Source of the DNA: Trichoplax adhaerens
Taxonomy: Eukaryota > Animalia > Placozoa
DNA length: 64,000 nucleotides
Direction of reading: 5' to 3'
Assembly (NCBI RefSeq): GCF_000150275.1
Contig: NW_002060947.1
Coordinates: 6,835,648 to 6,899,647, forward strand
Made by a program: the position numbers and the translations under genes. Positions within the stretch are counted from its first letter, which is position 1, and each line of letters begins with the position of its first letter. The notes under the pieces are model-generated. The model made no database searches. It worked only from the letters and a program-made list of their open reading frames with translations, and was not told the DNA's origin. Below, piece by piece: positions 39,301 to 58,869 of this stretch.

Positions 39301-42300
39301 TAGAAGTTGTATATCTAAGCCCAAATATACTGAAATGCACTCTTAAAGCATCAAATTTACGTGTCTAATACTGTCGTTTAAATACTGATATTGAGGAATT
39401 AGAGATAGGAGATTATTTGCTCAGTAATCCTACAGTGATTTTAAAGTAAAGTAATAACCAAGATGCGTGCTCTCAGTGGTTCAATTAAAATTTCAGATCA
39501 GTAGATATTCATGATTTTGACCGTTTATTTAGAATACGGTATAGAACAAGATACTGTTGTATAGATGAAAAATTTTAAATTATCAATTCGTAGTGGCCCA
39601 AATGAATTTCAATCCGATAATTTTCTTACTATCACCCAAAAGTAAGTTATAAATCATCGCCATTTACCGTAAAATTGGCATAAAAGAAGAATTAAAGCTA
39701 GCCGTATTTCTCTGATTACAAAACCTCGTGGGTGTATATAAATTATTATTCAAACAGACACCTAGTAAAATTTTAGCAGGAGTATTCAATACTATTCAAA
39801 TGTCGGCATATGAATACCCAAAAGCGAGTAAATCTCTTGTTATTTTCTTCGAGGACCAATATAAGAGCTTATTGGCTTTCCTTTTCATATAAGGACAAAT
39901 AGATCCGTCAGGGTGATGAGCAAATTTCCTGTTTAATTTCTAAACAATTATCACTTGATTCCTTGCTAAATTAACGGAGGAAGCATACAGGCTTCTATAC
40001 GTCTAATTTCTAGTCTAAGATTATGGCTATTGGGTATAGAATTTGTATAGCTAAACTGAGCTAGCACAACACATTGTCTTCTATTCGGGTAGTTACCAAT
40101 TTTCAATAATTAAAATAAATACATAATTGATTAACATATCTATTGAATTAATTAATGTCGGATAGTGCATATAGAGACAGTATGTGGCTGAGGAATAAAA
40201 AGGCAATTTACGTCATCAATAGTATTTTATTCGTTAATAATTTGATGGACATGATGATAATAAGAGGAATGCAATAAATAGAAAACCATACGAAAGTCTC
40301 ATTATAGCCATTGGCTGGTAAAACATTCAAGATGGTAGACATAAAAATATGGTCAAGCTACGGAACTAGTCTAGCCTTGAATTGATTTGTACAGACTTGA
40401 ACGAAACGATCGTCTCCATTATTGGTGCCACCATTTCCATTCGATCTTCCGGTTTTGCTCAAGCCTACATTTTCATTCAGCAATAGGGATCCAATTAAAC
40501 TTATAAAACAAGATTAGGTAGCGTAATTAAGAATTGATTTGTTCATACATTCATTTCTATAATTTTGCAGTTGACTAGCGATGATCACTTTAATGGGCTC
40601 ATGGTTACGGATACGAGGACAGCCGCGATTACTCTTAATCTTCTCCCATAATGCCTATCATCTCCGGACAGTACTAATTGTCGCTGATACCCAAGTATTT
40701 AATCAACATATTACGAAAGCATAGTCAATAGATTCCACCATAGCATGAGAGAAATAAAATTCATCAAAAAAATAGTTCAATTTCTATTTTGTTTCTGATG
40801 CTATTAGTCATTGGATATAGCGGTTAAGATTGTAATTTCTTTTGTTCATACTAATTGGCAATCGTATCAGCTAATCTATCTTATCGGACACCAAATCGAA
40901 TCGTCGTTCGATTTCCACTTAGCCTATCTTACTTATTAAACATTCTTTTCTCTGCCATGATGATCTCTAATACAATGATCGTTTACTCGGCTGGATGAAA
41001 ATTTAAAATGAAGGAGTGCTAGCACAAAACTGACGACAAAAGCACTGCATACATTAGCCTGTTGGAGATTTGATGGCTATATGAAAGTTTTAATCTTGGA
41101 TGCATTATTTCCTTATCGATGGCCTAGCCTGTGTTTTAATGGATATAGTAGATAGATTAATGATGATCATTCGCTTCTTAAATCATTAATCATTTCATTT
41201 CTTGTTAAGGAAACTGAAATAATTGCATCCCTAACGGTAATTTTCTTTAGGTTTCGATGTATTCTTCAGTAGATTGAACGAATATCGAATACAGCCATTT
41301 TAATTCATACAAGCTTATTAAGAGTATCGCATAACATTCTCATATTTATTACTCATTTCAATTCTATAACTTCAATGAACGATGATTATTCTGCTACTAA
41401 AACATCCATTATTTAATGTTGGGGAAAGAGAACTGGATAACTGCTTTCTGATGATTACTTACACTCAAATTCTATGTAGTTAGCGCAGATCACTTATATT
41501 AAAATATAGCAAGGAATGAGGATATTGATTGCTTAATTCACCACTTTACCTCCAATTGGTCTTCACTTTCTTTATTCAATACTACTTAGGGATATTTTCA
41601 CAACGAATCTGTTACTGACATAATAACACTATAGGCTGGTTAACGCTACCAGCTACCATTACTAGTTTCATTCACAATTAAATAATGATTATTACCTTTT
41701 GCTAGCATAAACTCTGGATAGGAAGCTATACGACATTTGAAGCTTATTCTATCGTCCTGCATCATTTATTATGGTAGGATTATAAGTCATAGAAGGAAGT
41801 TAGTACCTTTCAATTAATCACTGATAAAGAAAGTAGAAAAATCTGTGATTCTGTATAGTAGAGGCAAGATAAGTGAAATCATGACACGATAACTCTTCCT
41901 AAATAATGATCCATCCAGATACCAGAGATTTGAATGTAGTTCATTTAACTGATCAGTCTATTGCAAATCTATCTAAAACTTTCTTCACTTACTAGCTACA
42001 CATATACCGCAATCTCCAGCCATTTCTAAACTTTTGTCCTTTTAGTATTTAAAATACTGAATATCAAAAGTATTCCAATCAGACTATTCAAACTATCCGA
42101 ATTATTTTATTTTTACTATTTAAATTCGTTTGTGCCGAAATAATATTAAAATCCCCAAATATCCATTGATTGAGACAATAGAATTTATTCTGTCTGCATT
42201 AAAATCAATTACATCCGTAAAATGATTAATTATAAATTCGACTTCATGTCCGTATTCTATCTAGAAGGTAGCCAAATACCATACTAGGCAAGTAAAGTAT

Positions 42301-44059
42301 ATGCTTTCTATTTTTAAATTCCTGCTAAAGGCTCAATAGAAAAGTTGATAAATGACTGAATTTTGACCTTTCGAAATTGAGTTTATATGTCTTATAAATG
42401 AATAATTGTATTTCTCAACATTTTAAAAATTAAATTTTTGAAAAACTAGTGAAATAAATCTCCTCATTTGACCTTTAAAAGAAACATTTCTGAGGTCAAA
42501 ATTATTTCAACGGGATAGTAATAAAAACAATTAATCTACTCAATATTGAACACTTGAAATCAATTTAATGCTATCAACCTTTCACATCCATTAAGTCATT
42601 CATATTGCGATATCTTATTTTTATACATTAATTATATGCAGTAATTTTACATATTTTAGCATGAGAATATAGCATACAAAGTTTGCTGATATTCTTTACT
42701 TTTAGCCCTTTATTCAATTATTAAAACATGGAACTTGCTTCCAAATCGAAGCTGCCCATTATCAATTCAGTTGAAATTTAAAAACGACAAAACGTCGTGA
42801 AAGATCTCAATAATCTCACTTTTTATACAACATAGCACTCTATTTTAATTCTACCTAGGAATACATTATTTAACAACACTAGCACCAAACACCTATAATT
42901 TTGTATAATTCGTTACTAGTTTCAGTTAGGACTTATTAAAGAACGAAGAAAACATTGATTGTGAAGCTCATCATTTCAGTAGTCATTTTCATAAATCAAC
43001 TGCAATTATTGCATTCTTAATTACAATTTGATTCTTAAATGATAAACGACTTAGACAATTCCTTTTATTCTTCTTGGTTAACCAAAGTCCTAATAGATCA
43101 ACTGATTGCATAGGCTAAAATAGTACCATTAATTGCAATATTTTGTGAACGGAATGATTAGCATTAATTAGAGATGAATCGGACTTCGAACAACCCATTC
43201 ATGTTCTGGTAGAATAGGATTGTAAATAATTAATTATTCTATTCAATAACATTGAACTTTCTCTATCAATACGATTTTGTTTTGCAAACAACTTTGAGCT
43301 ATAATGAATATTCTCTCCTCCATATTCCCAGTCAATGTTTATTCTATTCAACGTCGAAAAAGTTATTAATAGTAGAGGATGGCCGTCTAATGCTTTTGCT
43401 TTTCAATGGAGATCAAAATATAAATATGTTCATTCATGCCTATAGCTTAAATAATTCCTATTATCTACTGCTAGATTTTGAATAGGCATTTCTAAAAGTC
43501 TGTAATATTTATAAATATGTATACTACCCGAATACTCGATATTTAATTCATTACATCTTGATATCATTTTCCCTATTTTGTTATAATACATACACTCTTA
43601 TTTGTTTTTACTAGATTGGAAGTGGAATACCGATTAATTTATTGGATAGACACTTATTCCATCTACGTTTTTTCATTCTCGTAAATATTTTACAGTCATC
43701 TTTGCAAGAGTGTGGATGAATTATTAGTGAAATTTGGGTTTAATAATTATTTTATCCAGCTTTGCTTGATCTTTAAGAATTATTACTGATCTTATAACAA
43801 CTTAAGTGAAATATCAGTAAAAATTCTTAGGTAAAGTAATCTCTCCGTCTAACATTTCTTTATTTCTTCTCAAGATACTGCTATTTCTATGAAATTAGAA
43901 ATGAAATACCAGCAAATTTCCTGATTTAGGTAATCATACTAATCTAGTACTCTCCAATAATAACTGCCAAAGTCTCATTTGTTTAATTCGAATATGATAA
44001 AATAATTTTTATTTTAACCCTATTCTTTCTAATGTTTCATAGCTCGAAATTTTTCATAC

Positions 44060-44545
44060 TACGAAATCTTCGAGCTTTCTTTTCTTTATTGATGCATGGT
44101 ATTTTTCTCCCTAAGATACAAACTTTTTATTTATGATCCCGTTTTTATTATGATCCTTTGTTGACTCGTTGTAATGTCATAAAATCTTCAAGCTTTTACT
44201 TCTAATATTGTAGTTTGGTATTTATTCCAACTAACATTTTCTCAATCTTTCTTGTCATATAACCTCCCATCACATAAATAAAACTACATTTATTCATATC
44301 CTAGCCTGACTCGATCATTCTTATTAAGTAAAGCCTTCAACCTTTTTTTTCTACTTAATTATTCATGCTAGGTATTCATTTCATCAAATCATACTCTCTT
44401 TCAAAGTGTTCCATCGTTTATTAATTTGATAGTCATGCAGTCATTTCCCTCCATACTAATCCTTCTCCTACATTCGATACTTTTAATTCTGTGGAAATCT
44501 CAAATTTTCCCTTCCGTTATTGATCCATATTTTTCTTCTTAGTTC
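44060..44545. repeat. Highly degenerate pyrimidine-rich tandem repeat, ~4 copies, 115-165 bp spacing
   Basis: AAATCTTC(G/A)AGCTTT...GGTATT motif at ~44064, ~44182, ~44331 and ~44496. Confidence 0.55.
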
Positions 44546-46665
44546 AATAATATTAATCTGGAATTATAAAATATCGACAACTATAATCCAACATCTTTTG
44601 TTGATTGAAATTATCCTTCTAATACCATCAATTTTATTAAAATTCAATTCAATTGAAAGTAGAATAATGATATGATAATTTAATATTGTTGTCTGATTTA
44701 TAAATTATCTATGTGTAATTCTCTGTCTATCACATATTATAATAGAATGATCTAAATTTTTTAATTATCAAATATCACCACGGCACCTATTAGACGTCAT
44801 GATGTATAACAATATCAACCTTTTCTTAGACATTCATCATAAAGTCGATAGGCTACTCTCGTAGGGTTAATTTTTGTTAATGCTGCTATATCTTCCATTC
44901 CATCTTCATTTTATTTCCTTTTTCTTTTCATTCCTTTCATTATCTTATGAATTGAGGCAAAATGGATTATGCGGGTACTATAGTTGGTAAAATTTTATTT
45001 ATCCATCACAGCTTTTTGTATATGATATCATTTCATTATTATAGTAGAGGAAACAAAAAATTCCATCCTTTTAACATTAGTTTTGTCTGATATGAAGTGA
45101 AATTAATCTTGCTTCAATGATACTTAAATTTCAGTTCTATTAAATACCAGTAAGTAATGAATTCTATCTGTACTACATTTCATTAAAGCCTCTATCACAG
45201 TAGCAAATAGTAGATTTAATCTTAAAATATGATTAAAGAAATATTTATTCTTATCCTTCATAATTTTATTTTAATGTCTCTTATGAATCTTAATCTGTAC
45301 AGCTGCAAAGCGATCGTCAATATTTCGTATCCACTATCTACCATATCTAACAAAAAAACATTTATTTCAAATTACTAAAAAGATAATTATATAATTAGGA
45401 GAAGCATATTAAATACAATATTAGGGCATGATATTTTAACTTAATTAAACTTGTTACAAAATTGGCTGCCAGAGTCTCAATTTAACCAATGTATCGTTTT
45501 TATACATTGCTGTTAATAATTTATTTACTGATCTAATTATTATTTAATTACTATATGAACATGAGTATCAAAATTTAATGGTAATTATTGCTGATATTTT
45601 TACAAAAAGGCTCCAATGTATTGGTGGATATTGTTTGTAAATATTATCTGTTGATTCACTACTGATTATATAGACGATCATAATTGATAAAAAACGAGTA
45701 TGCAGTTGAAATATTTTGGCATTTAGACTTCAAATCGTAAACATACAATTGTTAGACCTAACCATTAATTTACCATCCTTTGATTATATTTCTATCATGG
45801 CAAAAATAATATAGTTCTGTTTTACTTCAAGATCCGATTATTTGAGCAAAGATAATCTATCAAATGCAAAATTGATAGAGCTTTAAATGCATTATCATTA
45901 ACCAAGCTAATGAATTAGAATAATGGAGCGATAATATTTTATCGTAATCGTTTGCTAAATTCTCATATCTCATCATCTATTTCAATGGCGAAGTTATCTA
46001 TACCTGATCGAGTGGAAAATAATTTTACCAGACGTTTTCTCATAGTATTTGTTCATTAAACTTTCAGGATTAGCTCGTGTATATGTGAGAATTTCGAAGT
46101 ACAACAAAAGTCTTGCCTGACTACTCTACTTTATAGGTATATAGCTTTAAAAATAATATTTAACTCATTGACACTCGAAGGTAATTAATTATATACTTTT
46201 TTTCATTTAACGATTACATTTAAAATCTCAATATGTGTGCATGTATATGAGCGCATTTTCTCGTAATAAAACTGTTCGGTCTATGCTTTTTCAATACTTG
46301 TTTTACGATACTAGTTAACAGCAACTATGAAAACAAAAATTTATTGATATTACGATTATATATTAATGCATCACTGTATATACCTGTAGTATATTAGTTG
46401 CCATGTTGATTACAGACTGCATCTCTTGAATAGTTGCTACTAACACTTTAGAATTCCTACCTAACTTAAATGACATTTTATCCGATATCTGCAGCTTAGT
46501 TTGGGTATTATAACAAAAATTTAGCTTCGTGTTCCATAATTTAACTATATTCAACTTCTTACTTTGCATAGAATAAAAGGCGCCGATTCTAGTACAAATT
46601 TTAAAAGTTTGTTCAAGTTGTGAAAGCGTAAAGATACTAACTACATCAAATCAATTGTTGATATC

Positions 46666-49593
46666 ATGGGAGGCAAAGCCTCTATTCCTAGCCAACATAA
46701 TCATCTTTCCAGTCAATCCTACGATTTCGCTCCAGCAAAGTTTCGTTATAATCGACCAGAATTCTTACGCTTAACAGAAGAAGATTTACAAAAATCTAAA
46801 GATCGTACTTGTCGTGAAATAATATCACCTAGTTATCAGTTACCGCGCTTTACAGGATTCGCTGAGTAAGTAATAACAAGATATAAATTAATTAATCTTA
46901 ATTCTCTAGCACATTATATATTATATTAACCTGACGATCTTGCTATAAATGCAACTAATAAATATCATTAATTGCATAAAATTAATTGCATAAACTCAAT
47001 GATACTAGAATATATCGGCATTCTTTCACCTAAGCTAACCTTCTATGTTATTTGTCTTTCCGATAGATGCATTAATTCTGGTAAAAGTCATTTAAATGAA
47101 GATCAAGCTGCCGTCGGTATTTACATGCTTCGTCTGCAGACATCCTTGAAATTACAATCGTTAAGTAACAAAAATGTAATGAAACTTGTTTATGACACAT
47201 TGTATAATTATGATATCCTTGCAATGAAAGCATATAATACTTCTGTATGAAGATTAAAGGTCTAAGAGATAAAGTAGAAAAATAAAATAGTTATTTTCTC
47301 CCTTTAGCTGTCTCGAATCTTACCCTATCAATATTTTGCAATCTTTGATGGCCATGGTGGCACCGAGGCGGCGATTTACGCTGCAAATTCACTCCATTTA
47401 ATAATTTATCAAAAATTAACAGAAGCTCATAATTTCTATGCAACACTACCATCCATTAATTCTGAATTATCTACTGTAAAATTGGAAGCATTGATTATAG
47501 GAGCAATAGAAGAAGCTTTTCGAGAGCTGGTAAGTTACTTATCGTTGATTAAAATACTGCAATCGGTCAACGCCGTGTTACTTTTTTAACGCTTGAACAG
47601 AATATTTCAGTTTCAATTTGCTTTCATGTTTGTGATTCATCTGCTATTAAATTTTGAGATTCTAAAATACAAAATATCTTCAAGGCATTTATTGATGTTC
47701 CGATTAGTAGCACTCTTTACCCCTTCGATTAATCTAATTTAGGAGATGCAATAATTTCAACATGAAATAATAACTACGAAATTATTCGTATCATCGTTAC
47801 GAAAGCTATTTGAGATGATCGCAAATCTACATTACATCATTGAGTAGAATGTATGCCTTATTGTCCTATATTAGCTTCTGAAACTGAAGTAGCATAGTGT
47901 GAGATCTCAGCTAATATCTTAAAGTTGAGCTTTAGTTGTTTAAAGCTTTCCAAAACTAAGTTTCAAATCGTCACTAATTAAGCTCTAACCTAAGGTATCC
48001 TCAACTTTATAATTTAGGATCAACAAATTGGCAATGAGCGGCAGTCTTGCTCTATCAGTGGCGGCTGCACTGCCATAATGGCACTCTATTTTGAAAAGCA
48101 TTTGTATGTAGCTAATGCAGGCGATTGCAGGTAAAGTGATCATAATGCGAGTAAACTTCGCACATTGTAATTAAATGTTACATCCATAATCTGGATATTA
48201 TTTACCATTGAATTTAATACTTTTAACTATATCTGGTATAATCATCTAGGGCGCTAATAATAAAACAAGGCATTATGGAACAACTATCAACGGACTTTAA
48301 TCCTATAACAGATAGACAGCGATTACAATATTTAGTAAGGATGCTTGCAAACTCTTAAACTTATCACAGATAATCTTTATAGGACTTGAATCCTGTATGA
48401 TTTATTCATGATGGAACTATTAATCATTCAATTAAATGGACATGGTTATTGTTACTAATCGATAGTATTTGTTTGGAATCCGTTAAATTATATGATCATT
48501 CAATTTAAAATTCCTCGTTAATTTTAGTTTAATTGCTTGCTATTTTTCAATTTTGTACAGAGTGTACTGAAGTAATCTATTTGTTACACTTTAATGGCAG
48601 AAGTATGCAGTACCGTCTCTTAAAAGAGACTACCATTTGATTAAAAAATCGCTCAATAGCGTAATTTAATTCGTTTCAATATCTAGGCATATCTACAACC
48701 AGAACTACTTCATGCCTATTACAACAGATTGTACTTTAAGCAACGCATACGTAAAACTGATGTGGGTAAACCAGTCGTATATAAAGATATGGATATGGTG
48801 GGCTGGTAAGTTTTATAAACTTAGCTAATAGATAAATTTCTAGCCATATTTAGCGTAAGATGGTACTCTCATACAAGTATGCAATAGTTATAAATATCGA
48901 TGTTAACCTCAACAATTAACTGTAGGGGTACAAAAATTGCCAGTGAAGAAGATTTCGAACTTGTTCCTATGATACGAGGAGGCGGAAAGCAGGTTGGTGA
49001 CATAAATATCCTTTGCGTTACTATAACAACTTTAAATTAATATTACTCGAACAGTGTCGTTTATTAGATATTATAAGCACAACCCGAGGATTTGGTGACT
49101 TCGATTTAAAATGTCAAGAAGGAGGACCATATTTAAAGCCGTTCTTAACCTCATGTCCCGAAGTGAAGTCACTAGCATTGGATCAGGATAGCTATGGTCC
49201 TGATGATATTTTAATTTTGGGTTGTGACGGTTTATACGAAAGTCTAAGTAATGAAGAAATTGGGAAGATAGTTCTGGATTGTCTTCAGAAATGTGGTAGA
49301 GAAGATAATTTTAGGTAGAGATAATATAGTCAACCGTAATCTCGACCATTGTGGCAAATGTAAATTCAACTCATAATATTTCTTGTTCCATCCATGTTCC
49401 AAGATATGCAAAAGCTGCGAAAACCTTAGTCGAAACTTGTCGAGGAATGTATGATGGCCGTCATTGGATGAAAAATGATGTAGAATTAGCTTCTCAAGAT
49501 GACATTTCCGCCTTCATAATTCCGTTAATTAATGAAGATCATCTTATGGAAATCAAAGAAGCGAACAACAATAGTACAGGTATAAATCATTGA
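46666..49593 (+). CDS. PPM1H: PPM1H/J/M-subfamily metal-dependent (PP2C) protein phosphatase
   Basis: Spliced exons give KFRYNRPEFL, LPRFTGFAECINSGKSHLNEDQA, FDGHGG, LIIGAIEEAF, SGGCTA, YVANAGD, the PPM1H flap (RQRLQYLAYLQPELL...YKDMDMVGW), TRGFGD, CDGLYESLSNEE and SQDDISAFIIPL, all matching human PPM1H motifs; stop TGA 49591-49593. Confidence 0.92.
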
Positions 49594-50345
49594 AAAAATA
49601 AATGTGCAAAATTCTTCGACGCAGGTGTTAGTGGATTCCCTGTTTCAGCTTCAATCAAAGCCAGGCTATTAATTGTATACATTCATCATATCTTTGTGTG
49701 TGAATATTGTTATACTGGTCTACAATCATTATTTTTAAGGAAGAGAAAGTTTCACCACTAGTCTTGTTTATCATTTATACGTATATATACATATATACTA
49801 AATAATAACTGTACCGAATAATAAAGGCACTGTATCTCATTGGTATTTTAGTTAATTCAAGGTTGAATGGCCTTAAAAATATCAGCAAGGGCGTCTTCAA
49901 CTATAGATACCCTACTGAGTTAACACACTTACTAGTCTCAAAAACATTTAGCAAGTTAAGTTAAAGTCTTTATAATCTATTAGAAATAGCAATCAACAAA
50001 GTAAGCAATGTGACTTTAAATAATTGCAATTGATGCTCAGATAAGATTGCGTATGGAATATTGTCCCATATCTAGCCTTGGTTACTAACACCAACTGTAA
50101 AGCATATCTAACAAAGTTATACTTCCAAATTGGATTACTAATAAATTTTTATTTAACTATAATTTTAACAAAATGTCTTAACTGTATGTAAATCAAGATA
50201 GAATTATAATTTCACCGTGAGCTTATTATAAAGCAATACTACTATTACATCCAAAAAAGGAAAGGATTCAAAACTACATACAAACATGGAACTAAATAAG
50301 TCCTTAAAAATATTATATTGCAACAATATCTGTTTTGCTAGGATT

Positions 50346-57058
<6,713 letters not shown>

Positions 57059-57361
57059 ATAAAGGAGCTGTTTCAAATCTAATAGACTATGATCTTTTAA
57101 TCCTTGTAGCAAGTATCTCTTTGTCGATATAGCGGGTTCCAATTTTTATGTAACTTAGCCAATGGATATCTAAGTTCTATCGATAGAATAAGCTGTCAAG
57201 AAAGGAGAAGGAAATCAATTTGAGTATCGCGAAGCCGTGTACATTGCCTAGTACTTATAGTAGAATCTCTATTCATTCACTTAAAAATAGACCATGCTTA
57301 GTGCAAATTTATACTGTGCACAGTACTTTACTGGGTGTTCAGTGTCACCAATTCACCAAAT

Positions 57362-58462
57362 AAAGAAGATACTACAAGAATGATTTGTTCTGTCAATGAT
57401 ATACTGATAGACTCTTTCCAATAAAGAAAATGCTACAAGAATGATTTGTCCGGTCAATCATATACTGATAGACTCTATCCAATTAAGAAGATGCTACAAG
57501 AATGATTTGTCCGGTCAATCATATACTGATAGACTCTATCCAATAAAGGAGATACTACAAGAATGATTTGTCTGGTCAATCATATACTGATAGAATCTAT
57601 CCAATTAAGAAGACGCTACAAGAATGATTTGTCCGGTCAATCATATACTCATCGACTCTATCCCTAGTTTGCCTACCATACATAGTCAGAAATACACTAT
57701 AGAAACTGGTCGGTGGTCAGTGAATACTGCAACTACAGTGTTTAAACATGGATTGACTCGATATAGAATTTCCAATTGTATCATCAACCTAGCAGAACAT
57801 CAAATTTAGCCTGAATAATGATTGCATCTCATTCATCGACCATTCTACTTGAATCCAATGACATTTGAATATATCGCATATAATAAAGAAGATACTACAA
57901 GAATGATTTGTCCGGTCAATCATATACTGATAGACTCTATCCAATAAAGAAGATGCTACAAGAATGATTTGTCCGGTCAATGATATACTGATAGACTCTG
58001 TCCAATAAAGAAGATGCTACAAGAATGATTTGTCCGGTCAATCATATACTGATAGACTCTATCCAATTAAGAAGATGCTACAAGAATGATTTGTCCGGTC
58101 AATCATATACTGATAGACTCTATCCAATAAAGAAGATACTACAAGAATGATTTGTCTGGTCAATCATATACTGATAGAATCTATCCAATTAAGAAGATGC
58201 TACAAGAATAATTTGTCGGGTCAATCATATATATACTCATCGACTCTCTTCCTAGTTTGCCTACCATACATAGTCAGAAATACACTATAGAAACTGGTCG
58301 GTGGTCAGTGAATACTGCAACTACAGTGTTTAAACATGGATTGACTCGATATAGAACTTCCAATTGTATCAACCTAGCAGAACATCAAATTTAGCCTGAA
58401 TAATGATTGCATCTCATTCATCGACCATTCTACTTGAATCCAATGACATTTGAAATATATCT
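57362..58462. repeat. Higher-order tandem repeat: [5 x 61 bp + ~220-bp tail][6 x 61 bp + ~215-bp tail]
   Basis: Unit AAAGAAGATGCTACAAGAATGATTTGTCCGGTCAATCATATACTGATAGACTCTATCCAAT at 57362-57661 and 57885-58250; near-identical tails at 57662-57880 and 58251-58462. Confidence 0.97.
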
Positions 58463-58869
58463 TATAGCCATAAAATGGATTTGAATGACCAATTTGGTCA
58501 GTTTCTCCTTTCAATGCAACTCACTGGTCAGTCCCCATAGAAACGAGGTTGTATGACTACTGCAAATCAACTTATTTCAAAGGGACAGTTTGAGTAGACG
58601 ACGACACGTGTTTAAACTCTTTTTAACTGGCATAATCTGATGAAATTGTACGTCAACAGATCAAAGTATGTTGTCTATGGACTGATATCTAGTTGAAGAT
58701 GTTATTAAACTAACTTGTATCGTCATTGGCGTCGATATTTCAAGTTGAAATCAATATTAAAATGGCCTAACTTACCTTTATCACAGAGATTAATTTGGAG
58801 CAAGAATCGGCAGATCAAGCCAACAAAAGTGACGACAGTGAATGGCAAAGTGGAAAGCTATGTAGCTTA

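Noticed and set aside
41440-42060. Possible small minus-strand exons (e.g. DDRISFKCRIASYPEFMLAK)
   Set aside because: Could not be chained into a stop-free spliced ORF; acceptors are weak.
57059-57142. Upstream extension of the UBA1 first ORF (MEPAIS...)
   Set aside because: It begins at TTG, not ATG; MSSTSP at 57058 matches the usual UBA1 N-terminus.
57624-57980. ORFs 57624-57809 (+) and 57789-57980 (-)
   Set aside because: Derived from the 61-bp repeat and its duplicated tail.
57362-58250. 61-bp array as a CRISPR array
   Set aside because: Units are contiguous and near-identical with no unique spacers; eukaryotic intron-rich context; no cas genes.
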